Assembly: GCA_964016885.1 (NCBI GenBank)
Contig: OZ024745.1
Span: forward strand, 18,600,001 to 18,664,000
Source of the DNA: Eledone cirrhosa
Lineage: Eukaryota
Length of the DNA: 64,000 bases
Direction: 5' to 3'
The notes below the pieces were generated by a model. It saw only the letters and a list, made by a program, of their open reading frames with translations, was not told where the DNA came from and made no database searches. A program made the translations under genes and the position numbers. Numbering within the stretch: the stretch's first letter is position 1; every line of letters begins with the position of its first letter. Positions 14,060 to 29,030 of the stretch are shown piece by piece.

Positions 14060-15285
14060 TCTGGCAGATAAGATGTGACAGTGTGTAGTAAGATAAGATG
14101 TGACTGTGTAGTAAGATAATATGTGACAGTGTGTTGTAAGATAAGATGTGACAGTGTGTTGTAGGACCAGGCCTTTGAAGTAAAGTTAAGAAATAGTCTG
14201 TCCTTAAAGTATATCTCTGGCAGATAAGACGTGACAGTGTGTTGTAGGACTAGACCTTTGAAGTAGAGTTAAGAAATTGTCTGTCCTTAAAGTAACTCTC
14301 TGGCAAATAAGACGTGACAGTGTGTTGTAGGACTAGACTTTTGAAGTACAGTTAAGAAATAGTCTGTCCTTAAAGTATAACTCTGGCAGATAAGACGTGA
14401 CAGTGTGTTGCAGGACTAGACTTTTGAAGTACAGTTAAGAAATAGTCTGTCCTTAAAGTAACTCTCTGTCAGATAAGACGTGACTGTGTTGTAGGACTAG
14501 ACCTTTGAAGTAAAGTTAAGAAATAGTCTGTCCTTAAAGTAACTCTCTGGCAGATAAGACGTGACAGTGTGTTGTAGGACTAGATGTTTGAAGTAGAGTT
14601 AATAAATTGTCTGTCCTTAAAGTAACTCTCTGGCAGATAAGACGTGACTGTGTTGTAGGACTAGACCTTTGAAGTACAGTTAAGGAATAGTCTGTCCTTA
14701 AAGTATATCTCTGGCAGATAAGACGTGACTGTGTTGTAGGACTAGACCTTTGAAGTACAGTTAAGGAATAGTCTGTCCTTAAAGTATATCTCTGGCAGAT
14801 AAGACGTGACAGTGTGTTGCAGGACTAGACCTTTGAAGTACAGTTAAGAAATATTCTGTCCTTAAAGTAACTCTCTGTCAGATAAGACGTGACAGTGTGT
14901 TGTAGGACTAGACCTTTGAAGTACAGTTAATAAATATTCTATCCTTAAAGTAACTCTCTGTCAGATAAGACGTGACAGTGTGTTGCAGGACTAGACCTTT
15001 GAAGTACAGTTAAGAAATAGTCTGTCCTTAAAGCAATTCTCTGTCAGATAAGACGTGACAGTGTGTTGTAGGACTAGACCTTTGAAGTACAGTTAAGAAA
15101 TAGTCTGTTCTTAAAGTAACTCTCTGGCAGATAAGACGTGACAGTGTGTTGTAGGACTAGACCTTTGAAGTACAGTTAAGAAATAGTATGTCCTTAAAGC
15201 AACTCTCTGTCAGATAAGACGTGACAGTGTTGTAGGACTAGACCTTTGAAGTACAGTTAAGAAAGAGACTGTCCTTAAATATAAC
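14060..15285. repeat. 83-bp tandem minisatellite (~14 copies) preceded by ~22-25-bp subrepeats
   Basis: Unit CTCTCTGGCAGATAAGACGTGACAGTGTGTTGTAGGACTAGACCTTTGAAGTACAGTTAAGAAATAGTCTGTCCTTAAAGTAA; unit starts at 14223, 14306, 14389... Confidence 0.95.
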
Positions 15286-15530
15286 AATTAGACATGGCTG
15301 TGATACCTTTGATCATAATGTTACTCGATAACCCGAACAGTTCACTCCTGCGACCAAATAACAACTTCAGAGAAGGGACTATGAAATTGATATTTTCTTC
15401 TCATCTGTTAACGTTGGTTATTGTTTTGTTTTCAGATTGTCTCTTGCTGCTCCTTAATTTCACAATGTAAAAACAATTTCGTTCCAATTCAGTATCTTCT
15501 AAACCTTTAACTACATATATATATATATAT

Positions 15531-16168
15531 ATGATAATAAGGGCGCTGCGGAGTTGCAAATGGGTTACATATGAAAAAAGTTTGTCCTTCATCAGTGATC
15601 TTCCAACTATCATAGGTATTTCATCGCTTTAAAGACCATATACCTCCGCTTGGTGCGAGCAACGGCTAAAAAAAAGTCGTTGGAACACGTAAATAAAGGG
15701 GACGCGAGGGTAAACAAACAAAATGGTGAGGCAACAGAAAGTGAGGAATAAGGAGACAAGTCCCAGATTTCTATGAATTTAAGTTCGGTGAAATCGTGAA
15801 CGAGAGAATAAAGACCATCAAACCTGGTTGAAATGTGAGCAAGGAAGGAATTTCGCACAGGTCTAACGGGAGGAAGAAGGGGTCTGGTCTGCGAATTCGG
15901 TAAACATAAGTTCTGTGAAATCGTGGACGAGAGAGAAAAAATTCCGACCAGCTTGGCCGAGAATGTGAGAGAAAAGAGTTACTCACAGGTCAAACGGGAA
16001 GAAAGAGGAGGAGGAGGAGAGGTAGTGACAGAGAATGAGTGAGTGAAGGGTGAGGTGAGGAAGAGGCTAACAGAGAGAGAGACTGCTAGAAAGGGTAAAG
16101 ATATATAGAACGAAAAAGACGGTGTAGCAGCAGAGGAAAAAATATGTGTAAATATGATAATAAGGGCG

Positions 16169-16170
<2 letters not shown>
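15531..16170 (-). mobile_element. Non-coding PLE pseudo-LTR/retrozyme-like element inserted in (TA)n
   Basis: 17-bp terminal direct repeat ATGATAATAAGGGCGCT (15531-15547, 16154-16170); TA tracts on both sides; homologous head to 24854-25750; carries hammerhead core motifs on the minus strand. Confidence 0.65.
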
Positions 16171-16236
<66 letters not shown>

Positions 16237-16296
16237 CCAAGGTTCTAAAACCATCAACACCATAAACACAGAGCTGGCATATCTAAGAACTGACTA

Positions 16297-16352
16297 ACTG
16301 CCTGATGAGGTCATAGCCATTCAATGGCCATCATCGAAATATATATAGCAGT
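16297..16352 (+). ncRNA. Minimal type I hammerhead ribozyme (intact core)
   Basis: ACTGC-CTGATGA-stem II (GGTCATAGCCAT TCA ATGGCCATCATC)-GAAA-T ATAT A-TA-GCAGT, then AATAAA. Lies in a ~165-bp island (16234-16397) between TA tracts. Confidence 0.82.
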
Positions 16353-16393
16353 AAATAAAGGATTATGAGTTCATGCAATTGACTTATGTTTCG

Positions 16394-16474
<81 letters not shown>

Positions 16475-18259
16475 TATATATATATATATAGGGAACTGGC
16501 TGTTGAAACAGGAGTCGACTCTCTATAATATAGATAGATAGATATATAGATATTTATGATCTGTGCTTCACCAATGGGAATCAGAATTGCGACTAAAGTT
16601 TGAAACTACAATTTTGATTGGAAAAATGTTTAAACTATACATTTATTTAAGTTGACAACTTTGTTACTTCTACTTACAGACAAATATCTGAATTCAAGAA
16701 TACCATAAAATACTTTCCTCAGATTTTTTCATGAAATGTCTATTTGTAAAAAACTCCATTTAAATGAGACTAACCACATCGATATTACACTCTTGTAGAC
16801 GGAATCGATTTCCAAACTAATAATAATTCACTGCATATTTTTCCATTAACTATAAACTCTACCAGTATAGGTTTCTTTCAACTTATAGAAAGAATTCATT
16901 TCCTGTTCAAAATATATACCTTTACAATATCACTTATATATTATTATATTACATACTGCATGTTATATGAATATATCAAATACCTTATTCTATGTTATAT
17001 ACTACATGTTATTATGGTATATAATATATTATATATAATATCTAACACAATAGATGTAAAGGGAAATTTCTGGTAGCTAAGCAGTCGAAATGATATTTTA
17101 TTTTTGTAGTCTGGAGTTATTTCTCCCCTTCCTATAAATATTACAGTATTAAACTTCAAACGCATTTTATCTGTTACAAAGCGTCATACATTTGCATCAA
17201 AAACGTATTCAGTCCACAGCACATAACTATGCATCTGTCTCTTCTATTGTACAATAATTCCTAAATGCAAATCAGGAATATTAGAGGTAATAACTTAAGG
17301 TACTTACAACTGCGTATGTACTAAGAAATATTAATATATTCTAGTTATGTAGCAGTAAATGGATTTTCCTCTTTAATATGCTTCGACTTTAATCTCATTT
17401 TCGTTCCATGGTAAATGATGGAGTGTAGCTGTAGAATTCTCATGCTGATTAATAGTAACCTTAATTCATGGAAGTAATATCTGTAATTTTATGATTTTAT
17501 ATATTCACCAGTCTTCACTCATTACTAACATTCCTCTTCTGCTATATAGTGATGTTCTTGTCTTAATTTACTTATACCTACCCATCTGAATGTCACTTTT
17601 ATCAAATTATTCAATGTTTTCTCACTATTTACCCCCACCACTTCCTTCTTCTTCTCCTCCTCTTTCATGTTATTTCTTCTTTTTTCTTTCATTCCTTCTT
17701 ATCATTCTCCCCTTTTCTATTTTCTACTCTTCTATTTCTTATTCCTTTTCCTCCCATCCCCCCCTTTTATCCTATTTCTACGTTTTTGTCCTCTTTTTTT
17801 TCCTTACTTTTCTTTTTTTAATACTACTACTGCTACCACTACTACCCCTTCTTCAGTTTATCTTCTCTCACTGAGATCCCCGACCACCATCACTACCGAC
17901 CTCTCCAAAGTGATGTGGACATATGTACGCAATATCCCCTATTTCTCTATACCTATCATTCTCTCGGGCTCTCCTTTGAACACTATTAAAACAGATGTTG
18001 TGGAGGCATGCCCTCCTGTTTCATTCACCTCTGATCTCACATATTCGTCATTTGTGATATCAATGCCGTAACACACTTGATTGACATCAGTAAAACATGT
18101 CAGGCAAAAGAACAATTCTCCAGCTAAAATTCCCATTAATGGATTCCATCAGCTTTTCATATAGTACATCAGAACTTTCATCTTATACACATCCATTTCA
18201 ACCTATATGCTGGCTCACTGAGTCTCAGGCAGTCTGACTTCCAGACTGCCTGCCTGGGT

Positions 18260-18560
18260 GGTTTACATGAACATCTTCCGTTCTGTGGTGGTAGACACTT
18301 TCCCCAACGGAAACCTGGTGCAGACTGCGACTAATCCATGCACTGCTGGATCGAGGAGGGTAAATTCTCCAAGTATAAGTCACTCTCCGACAGGTTTGTG
18401 GTCGAGTCCATAGCAAGAGGAGACTTCTGGTGTTCTTCGTCCTAGAACCACCTTCCTACTCACCACCATCGGCACGGGGCTGGCTACCTGCAGGTGTTGC
18501 CCACTTCGAGGACTAACTCTCAACCTACTATTGGCCGCTGGTCTCTGTCCTGAGGCATTT
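18260..18560 (+). mobile_element. Decayed CRE-clade RLE fragment
   Basis: With frameshifts reads VDTFPNGNLVQTATNP..A..EEGKFSKYKSLSDRFVVESIA.ETSGVLRPRTTFLLTTIGTGLAT. Homologous to 4102-4371. Confidence 0.6.
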
Positions 18561-19711
18561 TTTCCCATCGTTGTCTTTGACAGCATTTGGCTGTTTTAAG
18601 CGTTGGGTTTTCTCATTTTTATATGAATTATCTATATATATATATTTGCATAACCGAATCAATTGAGCCAAGTTTCCATCTATGAAATCCCACTCACATG
18701 TATTGCTAAAAAATAAAATATAGTTTCAAAAACACTACCTCAAGTGTTTCTGTGTTCTGAGTTCGAACCTTGAACAACGGGGCTACGTAGTAAGTTTCTT
18801 AACCACACGATCATATTTGTAGCCATGTTAACTTTTTATTTTTCTACTCCCATTCATCAATCGTGTCAGATGATACGTCTAACTTACAATGTTGTAGCTT
18901 TTGTTTATTTTATTTTGCTTTGGGTTTTTTGTTTGTTTATTTCGTTTTGTTTGTTTGTTTTTTAACGCGAGTAGACAATTGTGTTTTGAACCTAGGAAAT
19001 TGAACTACAATTAATGAAATGTCTGAAGGGAAATAAGAAATGTTAATGCCAGGAATTGACGAAATCAAATACAATGTTTCAGGCTACGGAAATGCGTCGT
19101 TCTGACTATAAAATGTTTAACATTTTCTTTATTTACCAATTCAATACATTTTTTGCCAGGACTGAGAGTTAGTAGAAGCAAGGGAAAGACTAATGGGAAT
19201 ATACTTTCCTTAGTCCAAGCAGATGATCAACTCCTTTCTTATATTTTTTTCAGAATGCATTTATTTTTTAATGTTTGTTTTTAACTTTATTCGATAAATT
19301 TATTTCTTCGTTTTTGTCCCTCGAATACAATTCCAGGACTATAACTCTGATCACTTAACCAGATGTACGTTTAATCTACTGGTAATCTATGTATGAAATA
19401 AATATCTATATTACGTAGATATTTATAGATAAAACATTCTTAATTTCTCACTATCATAATATTTGCGTCCATGTTTTTATTTTGTGGGTTTTTTTCGTGG
19501 TGCCAGAAGTTTGAATGGCCTTCCCGATTTCAACCATTCTAGTTTTCTCTTTCAAGACAGAGGGATACATTGTAAGTATTATGAAAGCAGAAATGTTCAC
19601 AATTTCGAGTATACACGTTCTTAGCGTATCTACTACGTATTGCGTCGATATCTGCAAATATTAATAACCAGCTTAAGGAACTGTTTTCATGTATTCTGTC
19701 AGTCAAGTACA

Positions 19712-19990
19712 CCATCATCATCATTATAATCATCATCGTTTGACGTCTATTTTCCGAGCTAGCATGGATAAGAAGGATTGTGCCATTGGAAGCAATTAGG
19801 GTCAGGTGACCGTGTCTTGCTCAAACAGAACTGTTTCTGGCTTGGTTTCTACGGTTGTATGTCTTTAACGCCAACCACATTTAGAGTGTGTGCTGAGTGC
19901 TTTTTATCGTGACACCAACATAACTTTACTGTGTAAGGGTGGCGTGGACAGAAGTGGGAGGTTGGATGGTTGTTGGGGTGAGGGGTGCAT
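19712..19990 (-). mobile_element. SINE/RTE-related 3' end remnant with (CAT)n tail
   Basis: CATCATC...CGTTTGACGTCTATTTTCCGAGCTAGCATGG start resembles an RTE-partner SINE 3' terminus in reverse; assignment from recall. Confidence 0.45.
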
Positions 19991-21413
19991 GGAAGGGGGT
20001 ATAGTACAGTTATGGCAATCACAAAGTAGTCCAACTAAATTTAATTACGTAACACAGAGCACCCAATAGATATCTGTAATTGCTGGCAGTTCTGTAAAGG
20101 TGGCAAGTATTTTCCTCACTTGCAGTGCAGACTACAGCTCATTTACCTCACCATCATTTGGTTTAATACATTCGCCCTTTCGTCAGCCACGAAAATGAAA
20201 CAAACGTCATGGAAGTTTTCTAGATTAAATGAATATTTCCTTTGTGGTATGTACTTTGTCCAGATTTAGATTTGACTACCAATGTATTATGTATAAAATA
20301 AGACACACAATGCATCCATTGTATCGCCCTTGTCGTGTATTCAAGCGTCCCAACTCATTGTATTCCTCCAGTAAAGCAAACTGAAGACATTTTGCTACCT
20401 TTCTAAGACACTTATCATTTCTAGGTAATACAGGCAATATGTTATATTGTCCAGTGGGAAACAGAAGCTAGTAGTGGAAATTAAGTAGCAAGTATATGAA
20501 ATGCTTTACAATTATTTTATCAAGTATATGAAATGCTTTACAATTATTTTATCAAGAAATACGCCGTTTCTGGTATGACTCAACAAGAAGATGGCAAGAT
20601 AAGTGAGTTTCGTAGAGATTTCATTATGATTCTAAACATTTAAGAACCTTTATCATATGAATATATTTCGAAATATGTCTTACTGTTCAATTTCGAAATG
20701 GACATTGCCTTCAATTAACTCTTAGACCTTCTGTGATTGAATTTCTGAAATAAATTCCGTCTATTTGGCATCGAGTCAGAATTATATATGATGTCGGAAA
20801 TAAGACTTTCCGTTGGATAGCGAAGGAACATCATTTCAATACAATACCACACAAGTTATATTGAAACACTACGAATCAAAAATCCATCGGAATTGTTGCT
20901 ACACAATAACTATTTTCTAATATTTAAAGCCTACTCATAACAACAGATTGAAGACACACCACTGACTGCTCAAATCAACCCTAAATACTTGGAGTCGAAG
21001 TGGTGGTTATAGAACCACTAAACAGAAGGAAAATATTATACACGTGAAAGATATACAAAATTAGCGTATCAAGAAAACTGTTACTACGGTTACTTAATCA
21101 GAAACACTCTTCATATGAACAAAGATTCAAATATACAACTTAATACTTCCATATATCATATTACATCATTTATTCCGTCATTCCATACTGTATATATATC
21201 CAAGTAAAGCCGTATTTCCTTTATTTTCAGATAGGCAAGATTTGATACCGAAATGGTGGCCCCTTTAAACAGTCTTAATTAACATTTAAACTGAGGTATA
21301 CCAATATCAACGTAAGAATCTCTCGGAAATGAATTCGTTTAATTACTTATGTTATACGAGAACTGGTCAAACAAACTCTTTTCATGTTTACCGTTGGTGA
21401 ACAGTGATCATTA

Positions 21414-21596
21414 TGGCAGTATCGATAGAAGGTCGGACGCCATGCTTTGCAGCAAAGAGTTACGGCCCTTTATGGTCTGAGTTCAAATCCCGCCGAGGTT
21501 AACTTTGCCTTTCATCCTTACGAGGTCGATAAAATAAAGTACCAGTAATACACTGGAATAATTGCTGGCCTTGTGCCAAAAGTAGAAACAATTATA
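21414..21596 (+). mobile_element. tRNA-derived SINE, family A
   Basis: A box TGGCAGTATCG, B box GAGTTCAAATCCC, conserved core, GGCCTTGTGCCAAAAGTAGAAACAATT tail. Confidence 0.88.
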
Positions 21597-22084
21597 AATA
21601 GTGCCAGGAACCTTATTCAAAGCTTCAGATAATGAGTCTGCATGTTAATCACTATCAAGAGTTGTGTAATTGTTGAAGAGATACGCATAATTAATTGTTT
21701 CTACTTTTGGCACAAGGCCAGCAATTACCCAGTGCATTACTGATAATTAATGTGACTTCTTCACTGATGTAAGTCATAGCAAACTTTCGTACTTCTTTTT
21801 TCTTTTTTAAAATTCATAATTTCTACAGATTCCACAAATAAGCTGCTGCCGCTTCAGTTTTATAACACAATACTATTGCTGATGGTTTGTGTATACCCAT
21901 GTGTGGGTTTATCTGATAACCCAAAAATATTTCGCTCAAATATATATTACATTGTGAATATGCGTTAAACCTAGTTCAACACTTGCGGTCAGTCCTTTCA
22001 GTAATTCTCTTTGACTGAATATGGAGGTGAGTCCCGTTTATCTAATTAAGAGGTTTACACAAGTTGAAATGTGTATCTATCCTT

Positions 22085-22285
22085 CCACAACTCCTTGTCC
22101 ATTCTTCAGGGCACAATCAAAGGAGGGCAAATAAAAGGCAGACAAAGAATATCCAGGTTAAAGGCTGGATTAATCACAACACAGAGACCCTTCTACGCAT
22201 GACGGAGAATATACAGACCAATTGTGACAACTGACAGTAAAAGGGTCTGGCTGTACCAGTTCCGGGAACATGATGATAATGAATA
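22085..22285 (+). mobile_element. RTE-clade LINE 3' fragment
   Basis: ILQGTIKGGQIKGRQR (RTE C-terminal ILQG..EG.R.RGR motif), ending in TGATGATAAT. Confidence 0.55.
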
Positions 22286-24744
22286 AGTATTAAGTACAAT
22301 ACATAACCCTTTACATACGCGCATGATCTACATCCAATCAGTTTTGGCCAATAACTGCGCTCTTTGAGCAGGTTCTAGTTTTCGTATTACCCACTTTGAG
22401 CATCCTCTTACATATCGTTCTGCATCTTTGTAATAATTAGAGTCCCTTGCATTTCATTTCCACTAATTTCCTTCTTGCTATGGGATATTTGAAATCCCTT
22501 TAAATAAATAATGTACTTTGTAAAGCTAATTGAGAAATACGTGTAAATACTACTTTTAGTAGACTACAATTTTCCGAAAATAGATTCTAGAGGGTTATGA
22601 TATGAGAGAAATTTTAATTTTTCGTCAAGTAGAAAGTATTCTGCTTTTCGAACAGATACTTGTAATCGCCAAGACTTTCCTGCCAATGCTTGTGTATATT
22701 TTCTTTCGTGTATAATTAGTACTCTTGAAAAAACACAATGTAGAATGGCTGTCTTTTGAAATAATTCTGATATAGCCTTTTGGTGGACAAACACATGCAG
22801 TTTAATATCAATTAATATACACAAAAAATACCCCCACCTATACACCATGTCGCGGTGACAAATTGAATCGCAATACAGAACACATATCTTACTGTAGGCA
22901 CATGACATCATATTTATTGAGAGCTACAAACACGTATGCAGTTAGTTATTCACATATTCACTCTCAGTTTATTTCCATCTCATACAACGTTTCAAAAGAA
23001 ATTAAACCTAAATGCCACATCCCTTAATTAATATTCACTGAAATTCCTCACTACCATACATTAACCTCTAAACATTTAATACCTCTATTCCACACATCCA
23101 TTCACACATAATCACTGAAATTCATCACTACCATACATTAGTCTATTCACTACCTTCACTACCTCTATTCCACACTTGACTCCTACAAGGCGTGTCTCCT
23201 TTCATTCGCGCCATTTCAACCACAGATTCTCCCACCCTACATACTCTTTTACCGTGTCGTCTACCCCAACAAAACGAGACATTTCAACCAATCAAATCAT
23301 GCATTACAAATCATGCATTCCAAAACGAGGCAGTTCACAACAAATTGAGATAACATATTTTAAAATATTTTATAACTATGACATTAGACAGAGAAAATTA
23401 GGCCAGTTCTTCCGGTCTAAGGAACCACCTAAATAAAACATATACTACTCTACTCAATCAACTATGCGGATGAACGGTGTCTTAGTATGTATGTGTGTGT
23501 GTTATATTTTTACATTTATTTCATTAGTAAAATTCGGGAAAACTAGCAAAAGATCGAAATCTATATCACTTCAAGTCTGATTTAATCTCAACGGAGACCA
23601 AACAATGTGTCTATTTTTAACAGAAATATATTCCTACACGAACATAACTTTTAATTCACTTCCGAAAGAAAATTGTTTCCTGCATTTACCGGAACTTTTC
23701 ATGGGTTTAAATGATTACCATTTCATTCAGAAATGAAAACCTTCGAAGGAAATTATTTTATAAATGCTACAGTTAATGTTCTGAGATGTATGGTTTTCTT
23801 ATTGTTGCTGTTGTTGTTTTTGTTGATTGCAGTAGTGTTGATGGTGGTGGTGGTGGTGGTGAGGAGGAGGAGGGTTGTAATATTAGTTTTTACTTAAAAC
23901 TGTAGAAAAGATATCTTTTATTTAGAAAGATCGATGACCCATATGAGGCAGTCTATTGGATTATCGCTGACCATTCTTCTTAATTGGTGTCTTTCGTGGT
24001 CACGGATTCCGAATTACTGAAGAAAAAATATAACAAAATGGAGGGGAAAAAATATATATCGAATAAACAACTGGAAAATAACTCGGAGAAAATTTAAATC
24101 AATTGGCTGTGTGATTTAAAGAAAGTTCTAGATGTAAGTTATGCATTATATTCACGACTTGACGGCAATTTAGGAATTCACATAGTTGTGAACGCACTAA
24201 TTTGATAGAGTTTGCTGAAGAGATTCGGTATATTTTGGCATAGATCCAATCTTGAAATATAGGGCCTAGGAACTGGAGATAGTTTAGAAACAATGATTTA
24301 GATGTTTCGTATCATTTTGTAATTCTTGAAAATTTCAGCCAAGACCTACATCGAAAATCTATTTTAATTACGTTAAATTAGCCAACTTTATACATTTAAA
24401 TATATAGATATATGTATGTGTGTGTCTGTATGTATGTGTGTGTGTGTGTGCCTGTTTCTGGTGTTTTTCCTAGGACGCCGCGCATATTATGTCTGTGAAA
24501 CGTTATAACTAAAGGGAAAAAAGACTGAGATACTAATGAACAGATTGTCACCGGTGTTAATAGACATTGGTGAAATTCCAGCAAATTATGGTGACGAGAT
24601 GATAATTTCATCTTAGGAGAAGTAAACGCAAAATTATTTAATCTTCACCCTTGGTAAACATTCGATTGGACACGGACACTATTAAACTGTCAAGATCGCG
24701 CGCACAAAGCACGGGTGTACACACACACACACACATATACATAC

Positions 24745-25750
<1,006 letters not shown>

Positions 25751-26054
25751 GGGAGGTAATAAGTAGAAGGTAGGTAATCAGTCTAGAGGACGAGTTCAGT
25801 ATAGAGTTAGTTCCAAATTACCAAACCATACTCGAGGACGCGCCTTTCACCGAGTGGACTTTTAACACTGGTTTAGCTTTATAAAGGAAATATATTTAAT
25901 AAATGTACCAAAGTTACTAAATATCATGAAATAATAACAGTAAATATACTTGTATTTTTACACGGTCATTATTCTATGATTTGCTTTTCCAGTTTTTGAT
26001 GCGACTGAAAGCTTCATTTTAAATTACAGGTGTATATACTTCAAACATTGTGGA

Positions 26055-26233
26055 TTGGCAGTATCGGTAGAGGGTCGGACGCCATGCTTTCCAGCATAGT
26101 TACGTCCCTTTACGATCTGAGTTCAAATCCCGCCGAGGTTGACTTTCCCTTTCATCCTTACGGGGTCGATAAAATAAAGTACCAGTAATGCACTGGATAA
26201 TTGGTGCCCTTGTGCCTAAAGTAGAAACAATTA
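26055..26233 (+). mobile_element. tRNA-derived SINE, family A
   Basis: Near-identical to 21414-21596 and 45399-45582. Confidence 0.88.
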
Positions 26234-26627
26234 TATTATTACTGAAATAAAAATAACATCTTTTTTTAATTGTTTCAAAGGTGCTGCACAGAGCTTATCG
26301 CAAACACTTCAAAGGGCGTTATAGACATCTTCATAACTTTAGAGAACCTCAATTGTCTTGTTCCATTTCGTATAGTCGCTGAATAACTGATAGCATGGCT
26401 TTCTTAATGAAGCACGGAGCACAGTCAACACACTTCACCTATATCTCAATAGATTACTTTAGCATCTTTCAACATCTCACAGCCATTTCCCTGGTTATCT
26501 CTCATGATTTGGCACATTCAATGTAGCTGACTAAATAAACTCGACTTTATTTAAACTTTGTATAAAAAATATAATACCATATATTTATAAATGAGGTGGG
26601 CATGCGGGTGTGTGTGTGTGTGTGTGT

Positions 26628-26694
<67 letters not shown>

Positions 26695-28581
26695 TGTGTG
26701 TGTGTATGTGTGCCTGTTTGCATGTGGGTATCCTATAACAAACATGTACATTACCTAGATTGTTATGTCTGAAAAGGATAATAAGATGACTATATCGCTG
26801 ACTAACTCTTTCTTTCTATCTCTCATTCTAAAAGTCTGCTACAACTTATTCACAGCTCAGATGATAGCACTTTGTTGTCGTATGTGGCAAGGGAAATGTT
26901 TGCAGCAATTGAAATTCTACAAACATTGTAGTTTTACAAGTCTAATGATGATGTATGATGTATGAAATAATACATAGAAATCGCACTTGACTAAATGAAA
27001 CTTAGTAAATTTTGAGCCACATTTTTCTCCATAATGCCCATTAATCTTCTCTCTGGACCTCATAAAAGAATGCTATTCTTTTGTCTTTTATGTTGACATT
27101 TGATGTAAACATTTCATATGAGCTGTGAAAAGCGCCATGGAAAAGGTTTATTGAAAAGAGAAGCTAAACTGAGTCTATGCAGGTCATGTGACGAATGCGA
27201 ACCTGGAATTATATTCTGTCCACACATATGACTACTAACGTATATTTATTTGGAAAAGTCAAATTCTTAGATTCAAGTTTTCGATTTCATATTTTCCTTT
27301 AACTATTTTGTAATAAAACATAAAATATAGTGATATATTACAATGTGGTTATTTTTTTATATATTTCTTTTTATAAAGCTGTTTATATTGCCTAACGCCA
27401 ATTTCAAGACTAAAGAATTTTTCTTCAATACACGAATCAATAAAAACCAAACTATTAATCCAATCAAGTTATTCCCTAGAAAATTGCAGAATTTCCAATT
27501 TAATTATCACCTTTGAAAATAGTAAAAGAAAGGTTTGCATCAATTCATGAGTTGGGTTCTTGTGATTTTAGAATTTTCCAAAGGTATCGACTTCTAAAAG
27601 GCATATTAATAAATTCTTCAAAATCGATTCCCAATATTCATGTTTGAGATGTTTTCTGAGGTCGTTTGTTGTTGTTTTTCAAAACTTTGTTTTAAATTTT
27701 TCTAAAGGAGAAAAAAATAATTTTTCAACATTATCGTTTAAATTAAAACAAAAAATACGTAAATAAATATTTTTAAAAAGTTATATGTCGATGAATGTCA
27801 TACTAAAGCAAACGGTGTATAAATGGATCAAAGTATAATTATACACTTTGGTATAAAGACGTGGTGTAGAGGGTCCAGATGATAAGAGCGGAGGAAGGGG
27901 GACAAGAAAGAGAATCTAAAGGAAGAGAATTACAGATAAAGATCAAAATAAATTAGGCTATATGGATTTATATTAATACAGTAATCATATTTTCCTGTCA
28001 AAATTCTATAAAGCTGACGAAAAAATGCTATACGTTTATGAGACGGTACACTATAACAATGATTTATCTACCTGTGCTTAGTACTTACATTCCTAAATGT
28101 GATGGCGAATGCATGTTTAGGTTTTCAGTAATAGAAGAACTTCTTATTTATTCAGTATTCCGCTACCTTAACCCTTTTTGCATTAGCAGATTGTGAAGTA
28201 AATATCGAATATGGTGGGGATTTTGGTCTTAATTCAGCGCTGATAGCAATGAAGGTGATAAGACGATAGTTTTAAATACATGAGAGGAGAAAGATACATC
28301 AAAGTAAATATTGATCGAACGAATTTTAAAACCAAGATGAGAATATTTTAATATTTATCTTGCATAAATATCTTTTATGAAATGGATTTATAGATTATGT
28401 ATGCATCGAGGCGAACAAACACACACACACACACACATTTATAGATAAACATCCATTCATCCTATATTTATATGTGTGTGTGAGTGCACGCGCGCATGTA
28501 TTGTCTGTGTATGTATATATAATGTGTGTGTATGTATATATAATATACATGTATATGTAATATATATATATATATATATGC

Positions 28582-28645
<64 letters not shown>

Positions 28646-28966
28646 ATATGAATACGCACACACACACATGTATATATATATATATATACAGAAAAAAGGA
28701 TAGAGCGAGAGTAAGTGAGAGTTGGACATGATTAAATTGTATAATTTCAATACTCGATCTTATCGGATTTAATGTGTTTAAGTATTAACTTTACTTTATT
28801 TGTTTTTAATATTATATTTTCGTACGTTTATTTTTTTTATATCTAATTATTAATAACCTCCATAATCATCATGATTTAGGATTTCCTTATACGGTCATTT
28901 TTCTTGTTGTTGTTATTATTATTGTCATTATCACTATCATTATCATCACTGTTATTATTATCATCA

Positions 28967-29030
<64 letters not shown>

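Noticed and set aside
14060-15285. CRISPR-like array or hammerhead-bearing satellite
   Set aside because: No unique spacers; TTGAAGT...GAAATA does not give a valid core with stem II.
17875-18060. Possible CRE RT remnant (LNTIKTDVVEAC)
   Set aside because: Match too short and degraded to support.
20489-20556. 32-bp tandem duplication (similar at 33963-34024 and 43469-43590)
   Set aside because: Ordinary slippage duplications with no further signal.
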